NCBI RefSeq assembly: GCF_036321535.1
Contig: NC_087437.1
Coordinates: forward strand, 110,362,001 to 110,426,000
Direction: 5' to 3'
Length of the DNA stretch: 64,000 nt
From: Camelus dromedarius
Taxonomy: Eukaryota
The translations under genes were made by a program, and so were the position numbers. This document shows positions 39,533 to 51,691 of the stretch, piece by piece (positions within the stretch are counted from its first letter, which is position 1; each line of letters begins with the position of its first letter). Below the pieces are notes generated by a model. It was given only the letters and a program-made list of their open reading frames with translations, was not told the DNA's origin and searched no databases.

Positions 39533-39980
39533 TGTTTACTTCTCATTGCTGCCTATCGCTACAAATTGCTGCAAATTTGGTGACTTAAAAAGACACAAAT
39601 TTATCATCAGACAATTCCAACTGTCAGAAGTCTGAAATTAAGGTGTCGCCTTGGCTAGTTCCTTCTGGAGTTTCCTTCTGGAGAATCTCTTTTCTGCTTT
39701 TTTCAGCTTCTAGAGGTGGCTTGCAGTCTTGGGCTGTGGCCACTTCCTTTCATCACTCCAATCTCTTAATTCTGTCACATCTGCTACTGACTCTGACCCT
39801 CCTGACTGCCTCTGATAAGGACCCTTGTGACTGAGCCCACCTAAATTAACCAGGCTCTTCTCTCCAGATCAAAATCTTAATCACTCGGCCAAGTGCCTTT
39901 CACCAAGCAATGCAACATATTCATGGGTTCCAGGCATTCAGAGTGGACAGCTTTGGGGGCTCCCTATTCAGCCTGCCACA
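39533..39980 (-). mobile_element. MaLR LTR (MLT1C/D-like) within an L2 relic
   Basis: GACTTAAAAAGACACAAATTTATC...GTCAGAAGTCTGAAAT...AAGGACCCTTGTGA...ATTCAGCCTGCCACA. Confidence 0.85.
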
Positions 39981-41344
39981 CTACCTAATTCAAGCGACTG
40001 ATTTATGCACCTACACTGCTGTGGTGACTGCAGAACTAATCAAGATGACAGTTTCCCTCCTTACAATCTGTTTCTCACTGCCAACGTGTTTACAAAACAC
40101 AGATCTGATTATCATACACACACAAACACACACTCAGACACACACGTTAAAAATATTTCAATAGCTTTCCATTGCTTTTTGGATAGATTTATTTTTTAAT
40201 CTTTTAAGCAGACCTAAAAGTTCCCAGGTCACTCTGCTTAAGAATCACTCACTGTCTCAGTTTTTCAAATGCATCCTGCATCTTCTCATGCTCAAGCCTT
40301 GCCACTTGCTGTTTTTTCTGCATGGAATTATCTTTCTTCTTCTCTCCTCCTCAGCTCCCACCAACCTTCAGCTACCAGTCCAGTCACTTCCTTTGCGGGG
40401 ACTTTCTGCAGCCCCTGAGTAGCTAAAGTCCACCTGCAGTATCGTAACCACCACCGTCTCCCTTGTATTTGTTGTCCTTTAACCTTGACTTATGTGATTA
40501 ATACCTGCCTCACCAACATGCTTGTATCTAGGAGAGCAAAAATGATGTCTTAAATCACCCTTGATTCCTCAGTGTCTAGCTCACAACTGGGCAAAATGTA
40601 GATTTTTAATAAACAGCAGTTGAACAAGTGAATGAATGAAAGAATATTCTTAACCTAATTTGGCAACTCATTCACTATAAGAATTTAGGCAAAAAAAAAA
40701 AAAAAGAATTTAGGCAAATCACTTGTCTGGGCTCCAAGTCATTTGACTATAAAATGAGGTAAGTTGACTTCCTGGGGCTCACCTTTAGCCACTGTATGAT
40801 TCCAACATCAAAATCTCTGATGAGCTAAGATTGCAATTCAACCCTCTCCCACTGGATTTGATCAATAAAGCAAAAGACTACATAGAGAGCTTTTGTTCAT
40901 TGTGTTACACACCCCTGCTAAGACACACTAATGAGCTCCCAGCTGCCATCCCTTTAAAACACAAAATGCAGTGACAGAATCGCAGGAGAGAAATGTTGCA
41001 CGGCCCACATGGGGTTCCACTGCAATAGTTTCAAAAGTTTAGTCTGTGCAAGAATTTCCTTGGATACTTGTTTAAAATGCATATTTCTGAGCTCTGTTCC
41101 TAAAGATTCTGATCTCCCTGGGTCTGGGCTGGGGCCCGGGAATCTGCATTTTAAATAAGCAGCTCCAGTGATTCCAGTAAAGGTGGAGTTTGGGTCACTC
41201 CTTAAAAAATTCTCATTCTCTGTTCAATTTCAGGATATCTGAAAAGGTGTCCTCTTTAGGAAAACACCCAACTTAAAATGGGATGAGTGTAAAACGGTGA
41301 AGGAGAAAAAGGAGACACCTTCTTAGTGAGGCTTAATTACTAGA

Positions 41345-41573
41345 GTTGATGGAGTTTGTCATCATGGGGGCGACTTTGCTCTCCAAGGGGTGTTTGTCAA
41401 TGTCGGGAGACAATTTTGCTTGTCATGACTGGGGCCTACTGCTTGGTCTCTAATGGTAGAGGTCAGGGATGCTGCCAAACATCCTAGAATGTACAGAACA
41501 GCCTCCCCCAATAACAACAACAACAACAAAAATCCAGCCCAAAATATCCACACAGCCAAGGTCAAAAGCACTG
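41345..41573 (+). mobile_element. MER20 hAT MITE
   Basis: GGGGGCGACTTTGC...GGTAGAGGTCAGGGATGCTGCCAAACATCCTAGAATGTACAG...CCCAAAAT. Confidence 0.85.
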
Positions 41574-43329
41574 GTCTAATGTCAAGATCACAGGCAGTCA
41601 GATACGATTGCCAAGCATTATGCCCCAAAAGTGTCACACAACGGGGCAGAACTTGCTGACCAAGTCTTGGAACTAACTTGAGACACAATTTCCATACCTC
41701 GCTATCTCAGCACTTTTGAGGTTAAGCTACATTTGTGAGGCTCCTTGGTTAATTATCAGAGCAAGCACCTAGTTAATGAAGCTTGCTATTTGATGTAGAA
41801 CCCATGTGGTTTTCTTGCCTAGATGCATAATAGGCTCACTGACTCTGGTCAGAAACATCTCATGTGTGTTTCAGCATCAACAGGAAAAAGCAATTCTAAG
41901 GAAATTGGAAAAAAATTCTTTTTGCCGCGAGCTTTCAGTTACTGGTAGGATCTGAAGGGTCCTTTTCAGCATCTACCCCCTATTCCTTGTGATGCAAAAC
42001 AGGAGCTGAGGTCTACTTCTTGTGACACAAAGGGAGAGTTAGAGCCAGAAACTAGAAATATGTATAAAATCAAAGCACAGCACCAATCTGCAAGCTAAGT
42101 TATTGAAAAGGATAAAGGGTGAGAAACTGTTCCATTGCGCTACCTCAGTGCCAAGGCAGAGTTGCTGATGAGTGGAAACAACATTTCAACTTATTTTCTC
42201 ACTGGTTTCCCTTTGGAAGGTCTGAGGTCTTGTTCTTCTGATGACCTTGAAAATGACGTTTCATATTACAGCCAAACAACAAATGATGGCAAGTTCAATC
42301 TACCGAAAGCATCATTTCTTCAAAGTCTTGGCTGACCAAAAACTAAATATAAACATGAGTAAATTTAAATTTAAAACATTAGGATCCATGTCCCAAAGAT
42401 TTCTTTATCTTACAATCTAAGGTTGTTCATTAGGAAAGTCTTGAAATTTCTGTAGTTGCAACCGAATACATAGGACATAGAAACCTTAAGATGGAAATAA
42501 TGAGGCATATTCGTAAAGCAGATCACTAAGAGGAGAGGATGATTGGAAAGGGAAGAAAAAGGCACAGGACACTGTAGTACAAATATAATTGTCAAAGGTA
42601 AGGTCAGGAGCCTCATAGACAAGTCAGTGAAAAGGAACTAGTGTCTGAGAAATAACAGGATATTTTTAGTGACAAATATACTCAACATATTCAGGAGTCT
42701 CATAGAGCATCCACAGTGGTCCCTGCCTGGCAGGCCTTAGAAACAAGAAATATCTCCATTTATCCAATAAAAATCTCTCCTGTTACAATTTTAAATGCTT
42801 TTCCTCTATCCTCAATGGAAATGGGAAAAAAATGAATAAATAAACTAGTTTTTCTGTAAATAGCAATAAAAAATAGAACAAAAGTATAGGAAAATAATTT
42901 TTAAACTTTCCTTTTCTGCTGAAAATGTTAATACCATTGCATCAACACTTTAAAAATCAACAGTGAGCCATGTCTCCCTCTCTATTTCCTTTGGAATAGA
43001 ATCAGCAAGACTGTGTCAGTGTTCGAATTTTATGGGCACACAAATCACCTGGGAATCTTGTCAATGTGCAGAGTACAATTTGAAAGAGAAGAGGCCCAAG
43101 ATTCTGCATTTTGAACAAGCTCCCAGGCAATGCCCATGTTTCTTATCTGCTAACCATGTTTTAAGTAGCAAGGGAGTAGGCTTTTTCTCTAAGGCTTTAA
43201 ATAATTATATAAAATCAACAAATATTTATCAAGTGTCTGGGCTACAGCACTGGTGATAGAACATTGAATAAAGCATGACGCTTGTCCTCAGAAACCTTAC
43301 TGTGAGACAATCAGACCTGTCAATTAATG

Positions 43330-44315
43330 ATGGTGAGAAAGATAAACAGCAGCCCTGAAAGCACTAATGGTAAGTCAGAGCGTTCCCTACATCCCACACA
43401 CAATCTTCAGAACATCAAATCAGACAAGGTCAGTCTGTGACAATGATGGAGTGAGGCAAAAGCAAGACTGGTCTGTAGTCATATCCGGGAACACATGAAA
43501 ACAAGAACACTATTCAAACCACAAAATGACTAAGCATCGCCCTCGGTGACTTCTGCCTCTCTATCAATGACAACTTTAGCCTTGTTCCACTTTCTCAATA
43601 AAAGCTGCTAACTACCCAGTCATGGAGCTGGGCCTGTTTCCTGGCAGTGCCTGTGGGAGGCAGACTAATGGTCTAGTTTCCAGAACCTGTGAGTATGTCA
43701 TACTTTGTGGTAAGGGGGCATTGAGGTTGCTAATCCACAGGCCTAGAGGAAGGGAGATTATTCTGGATTATCTGGGTGGGCCTAACACAATCAAAAGTCT
43801 CCTTAAAGTGAAAGAGGATGGTAGGAGGGTCAGAGTCAGAATCAGGGAGAGAGATTTGAAGACGCTATGCGACTGTCTTTGAAGATGAAGGAAGAAGACA
43901 CGAACCAAGGAGTCGGGACGGCCTCTTGAATCTGGAAAAACAAGGGAACAGATTCTCCTCCAAAGCCTCCACAATGAATACAGTGACACCAACACCTTGA
44001 TTTGAGCTCAGTAAAACCCACTTTCAACTTCTAACCACCAAAATTGTAAAAGAATGAATCTGTATTGTTTTAAGCCATTAACTTTGTGGACATTTGTCAC
44101 AGATGGTACCCAATCCAGAAGAGACCCCTGCCTCCTTTAATCCTCTCCAAAATCAACTACTTCAAGCCCAAATCCTAGAACTAGCCCCTCCCACACTCTT
44201 TTATTGAGACATCCTGCCCGTTCTCGTGTTGTGTAATTTCCATTGTTGTAATAAATTAATAAGCCCAACTTTGTTTAACTACAGGTGTGTTCCTGGTGGT
44301 CCTGGTTGATGGGCA
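43330..44315 (+). mobile_element. ERV1 LTR (MER90/MER110-like) interrupted by MLT1D
   Basis: 3' end CCCAACTTTGTTTAACTACAGGTGTGTTCCTGGTGGTC; left boundary approximate. Confidence 0.65.
43652..44105 (+). mobile_element. MLT1D-like MaLR LTR
   Basis: TGTGGGAGGCAGACTAATGG...GGGAGATTATTCTGGATTATCTGGGTGGGCC...TTTAAGCCA; TSD GTGCC/GTACC. Confidence 0.88.
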
Positions 44316-46319
44316 GAGCAGTGTGAACACCCTCTTATTAAAGTAAATAGAGATGAAGGTTCTAAATTGCAACAAGGGAGGCCCCCTGGGGTAGAAGATG
44401 GCCTTTTGAAGGTCATTAGGTGTTCACTAGATGAAAAAGAGGGCAGAAGGCAGCAAAGAAGCATGGTAGGTCTCCTTTACCTTGAAACCGGCTCTGGAAA
44501 ACAGGCTGAGAAATGGGAGTGAGTGTTCCTAGAGATTCCCTTCCACCTGACCCCAGCTGAATGACTGCTTCTACACATGTTCCAGTCTGGGATCCGAGTG
44601 CTTGGAGAGAAAAAAGAGAGAGAGAACTTTAGGGAAGTTTGTTCTGAAGAAGTAGGAAGTGAGATTGGAGAAATTGGTAGTCTTGTAAGCCACTAACTTA
44701 TCTTTATCCTGAAATCTATAAGTAACCGCAAAATAAACAGAGTTTGTGAAAGAAAGTCATGCTATTAGATTTGTATCTTGAGAGATGATTACGTCTGCGG
44801 TACAGAAGATGGGTTGGAGGCAGCCTGGCAGACCAGATAGGCAGTTGGTGTAGTAACCCAGGCAAGACATGATAAGGGTACTAACTAACTGAGGCAGCAA
44901 TTAGGAGGGAAGATCTGCCACCATTTCTTAGAGGTAATGAGATGGGAAAATCTAAGGACTTGGTATCAAGATCAAGAGTGGAGCCTAGTAATTATTAAAA
45001 TTTATTTGCAAGCTTATGAAAATACTAGAGGGTCTTGCTAACCACAGGGTCAAATCAGTAAGCACATAATGAGTGTTTTGTCTCTGTTATCAGTGGTAGA
45101 ACCCTGGGCGTGGAAGGAATCAGAAGACCTAAGCTTGATACCTTTGTTCAAGACTCAGCTTTCTCCTTTGGTAGATATTTGCTCACTTGGGAAAATTACT
45201 TAATTTCCATCAATTTCCTCATGGTACTTGTCTCCCAAGATAATTGTCAGAATTAAATAAAATTCTATGGACTTATTCTATAAATTATAAACCATAAACC
45301 AATATGTAAATATAAGGTATAATTATTAATGGCATAAGAAGTGACATTAAGTAGGGATATTTCTGGAAAAGAGTTCTATAACTTTAAAAATGCTGTGTAA
45401 CTCGTTTTAGCGTGGAGGGATGGATTTAGACACAGACCATCCTTGGCTGACTATAGCTTGGCATTTTTCTTTATAAATGAATGATACAGCCTCCAACAAA
45501 TTATTTAACTTTCCAATATTGACTTCGTCTTCTGTAATACAGTAGATAATTTAATCTACCTCAAAAAAAAACAGTTATACAAATAAACAGTGAAATTATC
45601 TATTGCTGTATGCGTCACATAACTGCTGCAAGAGAAAAAGAGATAAGTTGTTGCTGTTCTTAATCTCTTCTTGTCCCTCTTTAAGGTCCTTATATTTTTT
45701 AGGTTCAAGATGGCAGATAGACCAAATAGATTTTTCCCCTCCCTTTCCTCAGAATCCATTAAATTTTAACAAAGGCTGGAAGCCAACAGTGACAGGGAGA
45801 ATTTTAGGGACAATATCAACTGAGGAGAGATTAACTAAATTTCTGGATGACGGAAAGGAGATGACAGGAAAACAGAAAGAAGGAAGGAGGGAGTCATGAT
45901 AGAAACTATGAGAGGAGGGGGCTACAAGCAACAGTAAACTGGTCTTCCTTTCAAATTCCCAGGGAGAATTGGAACCTATAACACTAAGAAAAGTACCAGG
46001 GTTGGTGCTGAAAAAGAGATAAGGCGGTTAAATGAAAACCTAGTTGAAGAAGAGCACTGGGGCCACTTGTGGTGTCACTTGAACTTTAGAGCAAAACTTC
46101 AGACCTTTACACCCTGGCGTTTGGGGACCCCACTCAGCCTAAAGGTCAGCCACCCATCTCTTAACCTAAAGTGCGTTCTGCCTGTCACTGAGCTTTTCCC
46201 CTGTACCCAGAGCTCCAGTGCAGCTTGTCAGTGTGTCACTAGCAAATCTGAGAGAATGACAGACAATCAGAGCAATGATGGTTACAGTATATGATAGGAC
46301 AGAAATTAGCACATATAGC

Positions 46320-47050
46320 AACGATACCATAGCAGTGAGCGTACTTAGCACCTATATTTTGGTTTCTAAGTACCAGTCTTCACTTTAGGGATCTAGAATT
46401 CCTGGGAGAAATCACTGACTCCGTGACGGGAGCAGAAAAACTCAAGATGAACTTGGACTATCTTATTTAGCCAGAAAGTAAAGCATTGATCAAATGGCTA
46501 GGGGGTCATTTCTAAAGGACAAAGGAGCAGCATGAAGGTGTCCCCACGGTCCAAATCTGGGAAAATTTGAACATCAAAATTAATAATGTTATTAATGGAT
46601 GGTAACACATTGAGTAAAATAAGAATAAATATTGATACAAATAAATAAGCACACAAAAAACACGTGAGAAGAGAAATTTCTTTCTTATGGTAGAATGCCA
46701 ACTAATAAAAGTAAAAGGATGTCTAAAAATTAGAAAATTGTGAATGGATCTTAAAATAGTGGGTAAAGCTTCATAAGGAGCAGAATATTCACTTACTGTC
46801 AAAGTGTCAACACAATTCAGTTATTAATTACAAAGGGAGAAATAGCAGCTCTGCAGTGAAGAAACTTGAAGGACCTTACTTTCATCAAGTGATCAATGTT
46901 AACACTCACATAATTTACATAAATCAACATAATGTGCCTCCTGATACAAGACACTGAGAAGTTTACAGCATTACTTCTATGGCATTTCTACCCAAAAATG
47001 CTAAATGTTAATCTAATCATGAGAAAAGTGCCTATACCCAAATCAAGGGT
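46320..47050 (+). mobile_element. Old L1 (L1MC-like) 3' UTR
   Basis: AGCAGTGAGC...ATTTTGGTTTCTAAGTACC...CCAAATCTGGGAAAATTTGAACATCAAAAT. Confidence 0.7.
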
Positions 47051-48002
47051 TATACATATATGAATCTTATTATAGGCTGTCTCTTATTTTGGGTCCTTGG
47101 AAGGAAATGAGTGTGGGATATCTATCTTTGGATAATCATTTATAGCACATTAATTGGAATAAGATAAGAGATTATAAAATTTCCTTTAAATATTGAATAA
47201 AGTATATTTAACTCTTGAAAGCCAGAATTGCATTTTATTTATCCCTCTGTTCCCAAATTTTAAGACAATGCTAGGTGTCCTAGCTTCTTGGTGAGTATCT
47301 GTTGAATGAGTATCTCTTGAAAATAGTCAGCTTCTCAGGCCAGAGACTCTGTTCCAGGTTTTTACAGCCCCCAAATTTTTAACACAATGGCCAGAGCCCA
47401 ATAACTTTGTACATACATGAATGAACTTTACATTGGACTATACAATATTTTGTACCCATGAAGCAGAGATTTAATAAGTCAGTGCACAATTATTGAGCAC
47501 CTTCTCTGAGACAGGCAGGGGTGCGATAAATACTCGACACAAGATTGAATGCAATATAATTCAAACAAAGCATTTTGCTTTGATAAAATAGAGGTTTCTT
47601 AGTAAGCAAGACAAGAAACATTTTCTAAGTGTAGACTGCATATCATTTCAAGTGATTTTGATGGTAACTATATTCCAAAGAATAAATGCTTCATTTTTAA
47701 TACAGCTACATATATAATCAGAGGCAAAGAAGGTAGCAAAAATAAAACCACCAACCAAAAAGGGAAAACAATACTATGTGACTTTTGCTGTTGGCTTCCT
47801 GTTGTTCACCAAATCTAATCTTAGGAAGCCCTAAAAATAGGTTTTCATAACAAGTCCATTTTGTCAGATTTTTTTTTACAACAGTTTATGAGGTTCAAAT
47901 CTCAATCCTCTAGAACTGAATTCTATAAACAGCAGGTAAAGGGGAAAAAACAAAATGGAATTGTCTCACTAATGAAAGAAGAAAAGAAAAATTTTAACAT
48001 TC

Positions 48003-48443
48003 ATAAATATACCACATCTTCTTTATCCAGTCATCTGTTGATGGACATTTAGGCTGTTTCCATGTCTTGGCTATTGTAAATAGTGCTGCTATGAATATTG
48101 GGGTGCAGGTGTCTTTTTGAAGTTGGGTTTCTTCTGGATATATGCCCAGGAGCGGGATTCCTGGGTCATATGGTAAGTCTATTCCTAGTCTTTTGAGGAA
48201 TCTCCATACTGTTTTCCACAGTGGCTGCACCAAACTGCATTCCCACCAGCTGTGTAGGAGGGTTCCCTTCTCTCCACAGCCTCTCCAGCATTTATTGTTT
48301 GTGGACATTTTAAAGACGGCCATTCTGACTGGTGTGAGGTGTTACCTCATTGTAGTTTTGATTTGCATTTCTCTGATAATTAGTGATACTGAGCATTTTT
48401 TCATGTGCCTGTTGATCATTTGTATTTCTTCCTTGGAGAATTA
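48003..48443 (-). mobile_element. Young L1 ORF2 internal fragment (no 3' UTR)
   Basis: ORF 47994-48323 [34 protein letters not shown] is the ORF2 cysteine-rich domain; nearly identical to the copy at 30100-30420. Confidence 0.95.
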
Positions 48444-48445
48444 CA

Positions 48446-48636
48446 CAGTTGACTCTTGGACACTGCATGTCTGAACTGCAAGAGTCCACTTATATGTGGA
48501 TATTTATGGTAGCAAATACTACAGTGCTACACAATCCAAGGTTGGTAGAATCCACAGATTCAGAGGAACCTCACATACAGAGGATCGAATATAAATTATA
48601 TACAAATCAATTCTTCCACTGTTTAAAGGTCATCTG
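48446..48636. mobile_element. Tigger2-derived MITE (MER8-like)
   Basis: TIRs CAGTTGACTCTTG...AAAGGTCATCTG followed by TA; GAACTGC..GAGTCCACTTATA motif. Confidence 0.8.
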
Positions 48637-48876
48637 TATTTGATCAGATTTAGGACATTTCTAAGGAACATTTTTAAAAATTGAATTCTCACCACAAAGG
48701 AACAAAATTGTTAGGTATCACCCTATCCTGGTGTACAGTCTGAAATCAGAATAAGATGTGATTAAAGTTCACCATTATAGAATGAAAATGGCTGATGAGT
48801 TCAAAGGCAAAGAAAAAAAAAGTACAGTAAAATAAACAACCAGAACAAACAAAAAAATTGTGCTGAATGAATTAGA

Positions 48877-48882
48877 TTTATT
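48877..48882 (-). terminator. KRTAP7-1 polyadenylation signal AATAAA
   Basis: AATAAA about 370 nt after the stop, followed by the U/GU-rich element TTTTTTTGTTTGTTCTGGTTGTTT. Confidence 0.75.
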
Positions 48883-49250
48883 GAGACTAACAGAAAAAGC
48901 CCTTCCCACTCACACCTAATTTGTAATGCATTGACGTTGATATAGAATTTAATAATACACAGGCAGAACAACTGTAAGAGACAAACTACTTGCATCATTG
49001 GTAAGATTCGGGTGTATAGGAGAAACGCATCTGGCTTTGGCTGTAGCTGAGTGCCAGTTCTGCATCTGATGCCTGGGTGACTTGTTCAGCATCGTCCAAG
49101 ACCAGGATCTCAGTAAGAAGTCAGCAAGAAGATGGAAGATATATCTCTCAAACACATCTAGAAACAGAAAGACAGTCATTGTTTTCCAGGCAGTTCTGTG
49201 TTCAGAGAACTGATTGAAGAGTCCTGGGGTCGCCTGGGGCCATTGGTCCA

Positions 49251-49514
49251 TCAGTAGGTGCTGTAGCCAAAGCCAGAGCCGGAGCCCCATGGCCTGCAGA
49301 AGCTGCCACCATAGCCGCAGCCCAGGTTGCCGATGTTGCTGCCACCAAAGCTGTAGCCCAGGGAGCTGTAGCCATTGCATCCACAATCGTAGTTCAGTGG
49401 GGAGCCCAGGGGCACAAGGCAGTTCAGGGGGGTGGCTCTGAAGGTCCTACGGAAGTTGGTCCCATAGCAAGGATAACCCGGGAAGTAGCTTCCACAGCAG
49501 AAGAAACGAGTCAT
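49251..49514 (-). CDS. KRTAP7-1: Keratin-associated protein 7-1 (HGT KAP7), 87 aa, single exon
   Basis: [24 protein letters not shown]...RATPLNC...[14 protein letters not shown] closely matches mammalian KAP7; Kozak context GCCACCATG; TATA box upstream; AATAAA downstream; 18 Gly + 9 Tyr of 87 residues. Confidence 0.98.
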   Translation of the reverse strand: MTRFFCCGSYFPGYPCYGTNFRRTFRATPLNCLVPLGSPLNYDCGCNGYSSLGYSFGGSNIGNLGCGYGGSFCRPWGSGSGFGYSTY

Positions 49515-49595
49515 GGTGGCAGGAGTTGAGATGGATTTGGAGAGATTGCGAAAAGCAAGTTACGCAAGAGTGAGTGAAGTTCTCCTGCACGGGGC

Positions 49596-49623
49596 TTTTT
49601 ATACCTCAAGCTGGTGGGCATGA
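49596..49623 (-). promoter_or_regulatory. KRTAP7-1 core promoter: TATAAAAA plus upstream TCATGCCC (CACCC/GC-box-like)
   Basis: Minus strand TCATGCCCACCAGCTTGAGGTATAAAAAG, about 80 bp upstream of the ATG. Confidence 0.85.
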
Positions 49624-49758
49624 CACGCTTGCCTAGACATCTTCCAACTAATTTGCATAGATAATTTTATTATTACAAATAAAATGCATACAAAGGAGCC
49701 CACAGACTCATTGCCCATGTTTTTGTGGGCTTTTCTGTTTGCAAAGCAATGTGCCCCA

Positions 49759-49767
49759 TCTTCAAAG
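49759..49767 (-). promoter_or_regulatory. HK-1 / LEF1-TCF motif CTTTGAAGA upstream of KRTAP7-1
   Basis: Exact CTTTGAAGA on the minus strand, 245 bp upstream of the ATG; motif known from hair keratin and KAP promoters. Confidence 0.65.
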
Positions 49768-49984
49768 CTGGTGTCCATCCTTGACACATAATTGAATTCT
49801 TTTCATCAGTGTTCCATGACTTAACCACTGTTGTGATTGCATCATGTGAGGCTCTTTAAATCCTCTGATTATAAACTCCTCCCAAATGACATAGCTAAAC
49901 CAAAAAAGCTTTGGCGACCATGTAAACACTTTTATAGCTTCTCGAAATTCTCTCCCTATGTCATTCAAAAACGTTGGTATCCCA

Positions 49985-50135
49985 ACTATTTAATGAGTAT
50001 GGAGTTTCTTTTGGAGTAAAGAAAATTATTTGGAACTAGAGGCAGTGGTTGCAAAACATCGTGATGCCCTAAATACCACTGAACGGTTCACTTTAAAGCA
50101 GTTCATTTTATGTTATGTGAATTTCACCTCAATAA
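49985..50135 (+). mobile_element. L1MB-type 3' end fragment
   Basis: AATGAGTATGGAGTTTCTTTTGG...TTTATGTTATGTGAATTTCACCTCAATAA. Confidence 0.8.
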
Positions 50136-51479
50136 TTTTTTTTTTTAAATTTTAAAGCATTACTACAGAAAGCCATCAGAACAAGTCTTTCCACAGAGGC
50201 TGCAAGAACACTAAATAATAGGATGGTTATGGATAACCTAGTAGTAATTTTCATGTATTTAATTTATAAGCATTCTCCTTGTTAACACTTCTTTTTTTCT
50301 CGCAGAGGATATACAACTTCTGATTGTAAATCATCTTGAACATTGCCAAGCTGTCTTGTTGTGGAGTTGCCACACTGGGGCTGAGTGGAATGGTGCCCAG
50401 TTTAAAGTCATGTTCTACCATGCTTGGTCCTTACTGACTCCTGGTAAAACAAGCCTGGCTATCATGACCCATTACAAAATATCAGTTACATTTAAAAATG
50501 CAGCACTTCTGCTCCCATTGTGCTCTGAGTGGCCACTTCTCATGACAAAGGCAAGCTAGAAACAATTTGAGCTCAGCAAAGCTAAGACTATTCCAATTCA
50601 AATGTTTAGGAAAGAATTGTTTTTATAGAGCCTGGATTTTCTGAAAGTAGAAAAAAGAAAACTTCCCAGATACCAACTCCTTTTGCTTATCACCCCGCCC
50701 CTAACCCTTAATGGATGAGCATAGAGCCCAACAGGCAAAACTCATTATTTCAGACATCACTCGCTTTGTTAAAATTATGCCTCTCTCATGCTGTCTGACA
50801 GAAGAACTTCCCACGGATCATATTACTTAAGTTTGGACATTTTTTTAGTTTAAAAGTTTAATGTAGTTCCCCAATATATTTCATATAACAATCTTACATT
50901 AATGTTCCAAAACACATGGGCATTATCTGGTTTTACTTGTCACTAGTTGGCTAAAGCTTAAAGCAAAGAAGTATGACCGGATCTGCTGGGAGAGCCTTTG
51001 GTGCCTTCCTCTGGCTCAGGCTCGGGCTCAGGCTGATCGAGGCCAACCCAGGGTGCTGGCTGCACAGCTGCAGAGACAGGCCACCTCCTCACCCTCTGAG
51101 GGTGTGGCTGGGCAGCTTCCGCGGAAACCCCTCAGAGCCCTGTGCACAGAGACCTTTGCAGTCTTCCCCAGGTGGGTGCTGCTCGGCCAGATCTTGGCCA
51201 CACTCCAGGGTTGGGATAGGCAGAGGTTGCCTACTCCTGTGTGGCTGTGAGCATGGGTTCTGCCTATTGTCTAGAACCAGTCCCCTGCCCCTCCTCGAAG
51301 ACCCTGCTAGGATTCCCCTCTGCCTCTCACAAAGGTAGTGGGAGCAAAGACGTCCAGGGCTGGGCAAGAAAGGGACGGCCGACAGCAGGAAGCAGGTTTG
51401 CACCTGGGTGCCCAATGACGGGTGACCCATGTGGTGGGGACAAACAGAAGGATGGGTGAGGCCGAGGTCCAGTGACCCT

Positions 51480-51691
51480 GGGGGGTAAATTGGGAGTTTG
51501 GGATTAGCAGTTATGAACTACTCTACATAGAATAAATAAACAACAAGGTTCTACTGTGTAGCACAGAGAAGTATATGCAATAGCTTGTAATAACCTATAA
51601 TGGAAAAGGATCTATATACGTATACCTGAATCACCATGCTGTACACCAGAAACTAACACAACATTGTAAATCAACTATGTCAAGAAAAAAA
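51480..51691 (+). mobile_element. 5'-truncated L1 3' end with A/TA-rich tail
   Basis: GGGAGTTTGGGATTAGCAG...CTACTGTGTAGCACAG...ACCAGAAACTAACACAACATTGTAAATCAACTAT. Confidence 0.88.

Noticed and set aside
48949..49441. Overlapping alternative-frame and antisense ORFs at KRTAP7-1 (145, 60 and 75 aa)
   Set aside because: By-products of low-complexity GGC/TAC/TGC codon usage, with no independent promoter or recognisable protein.
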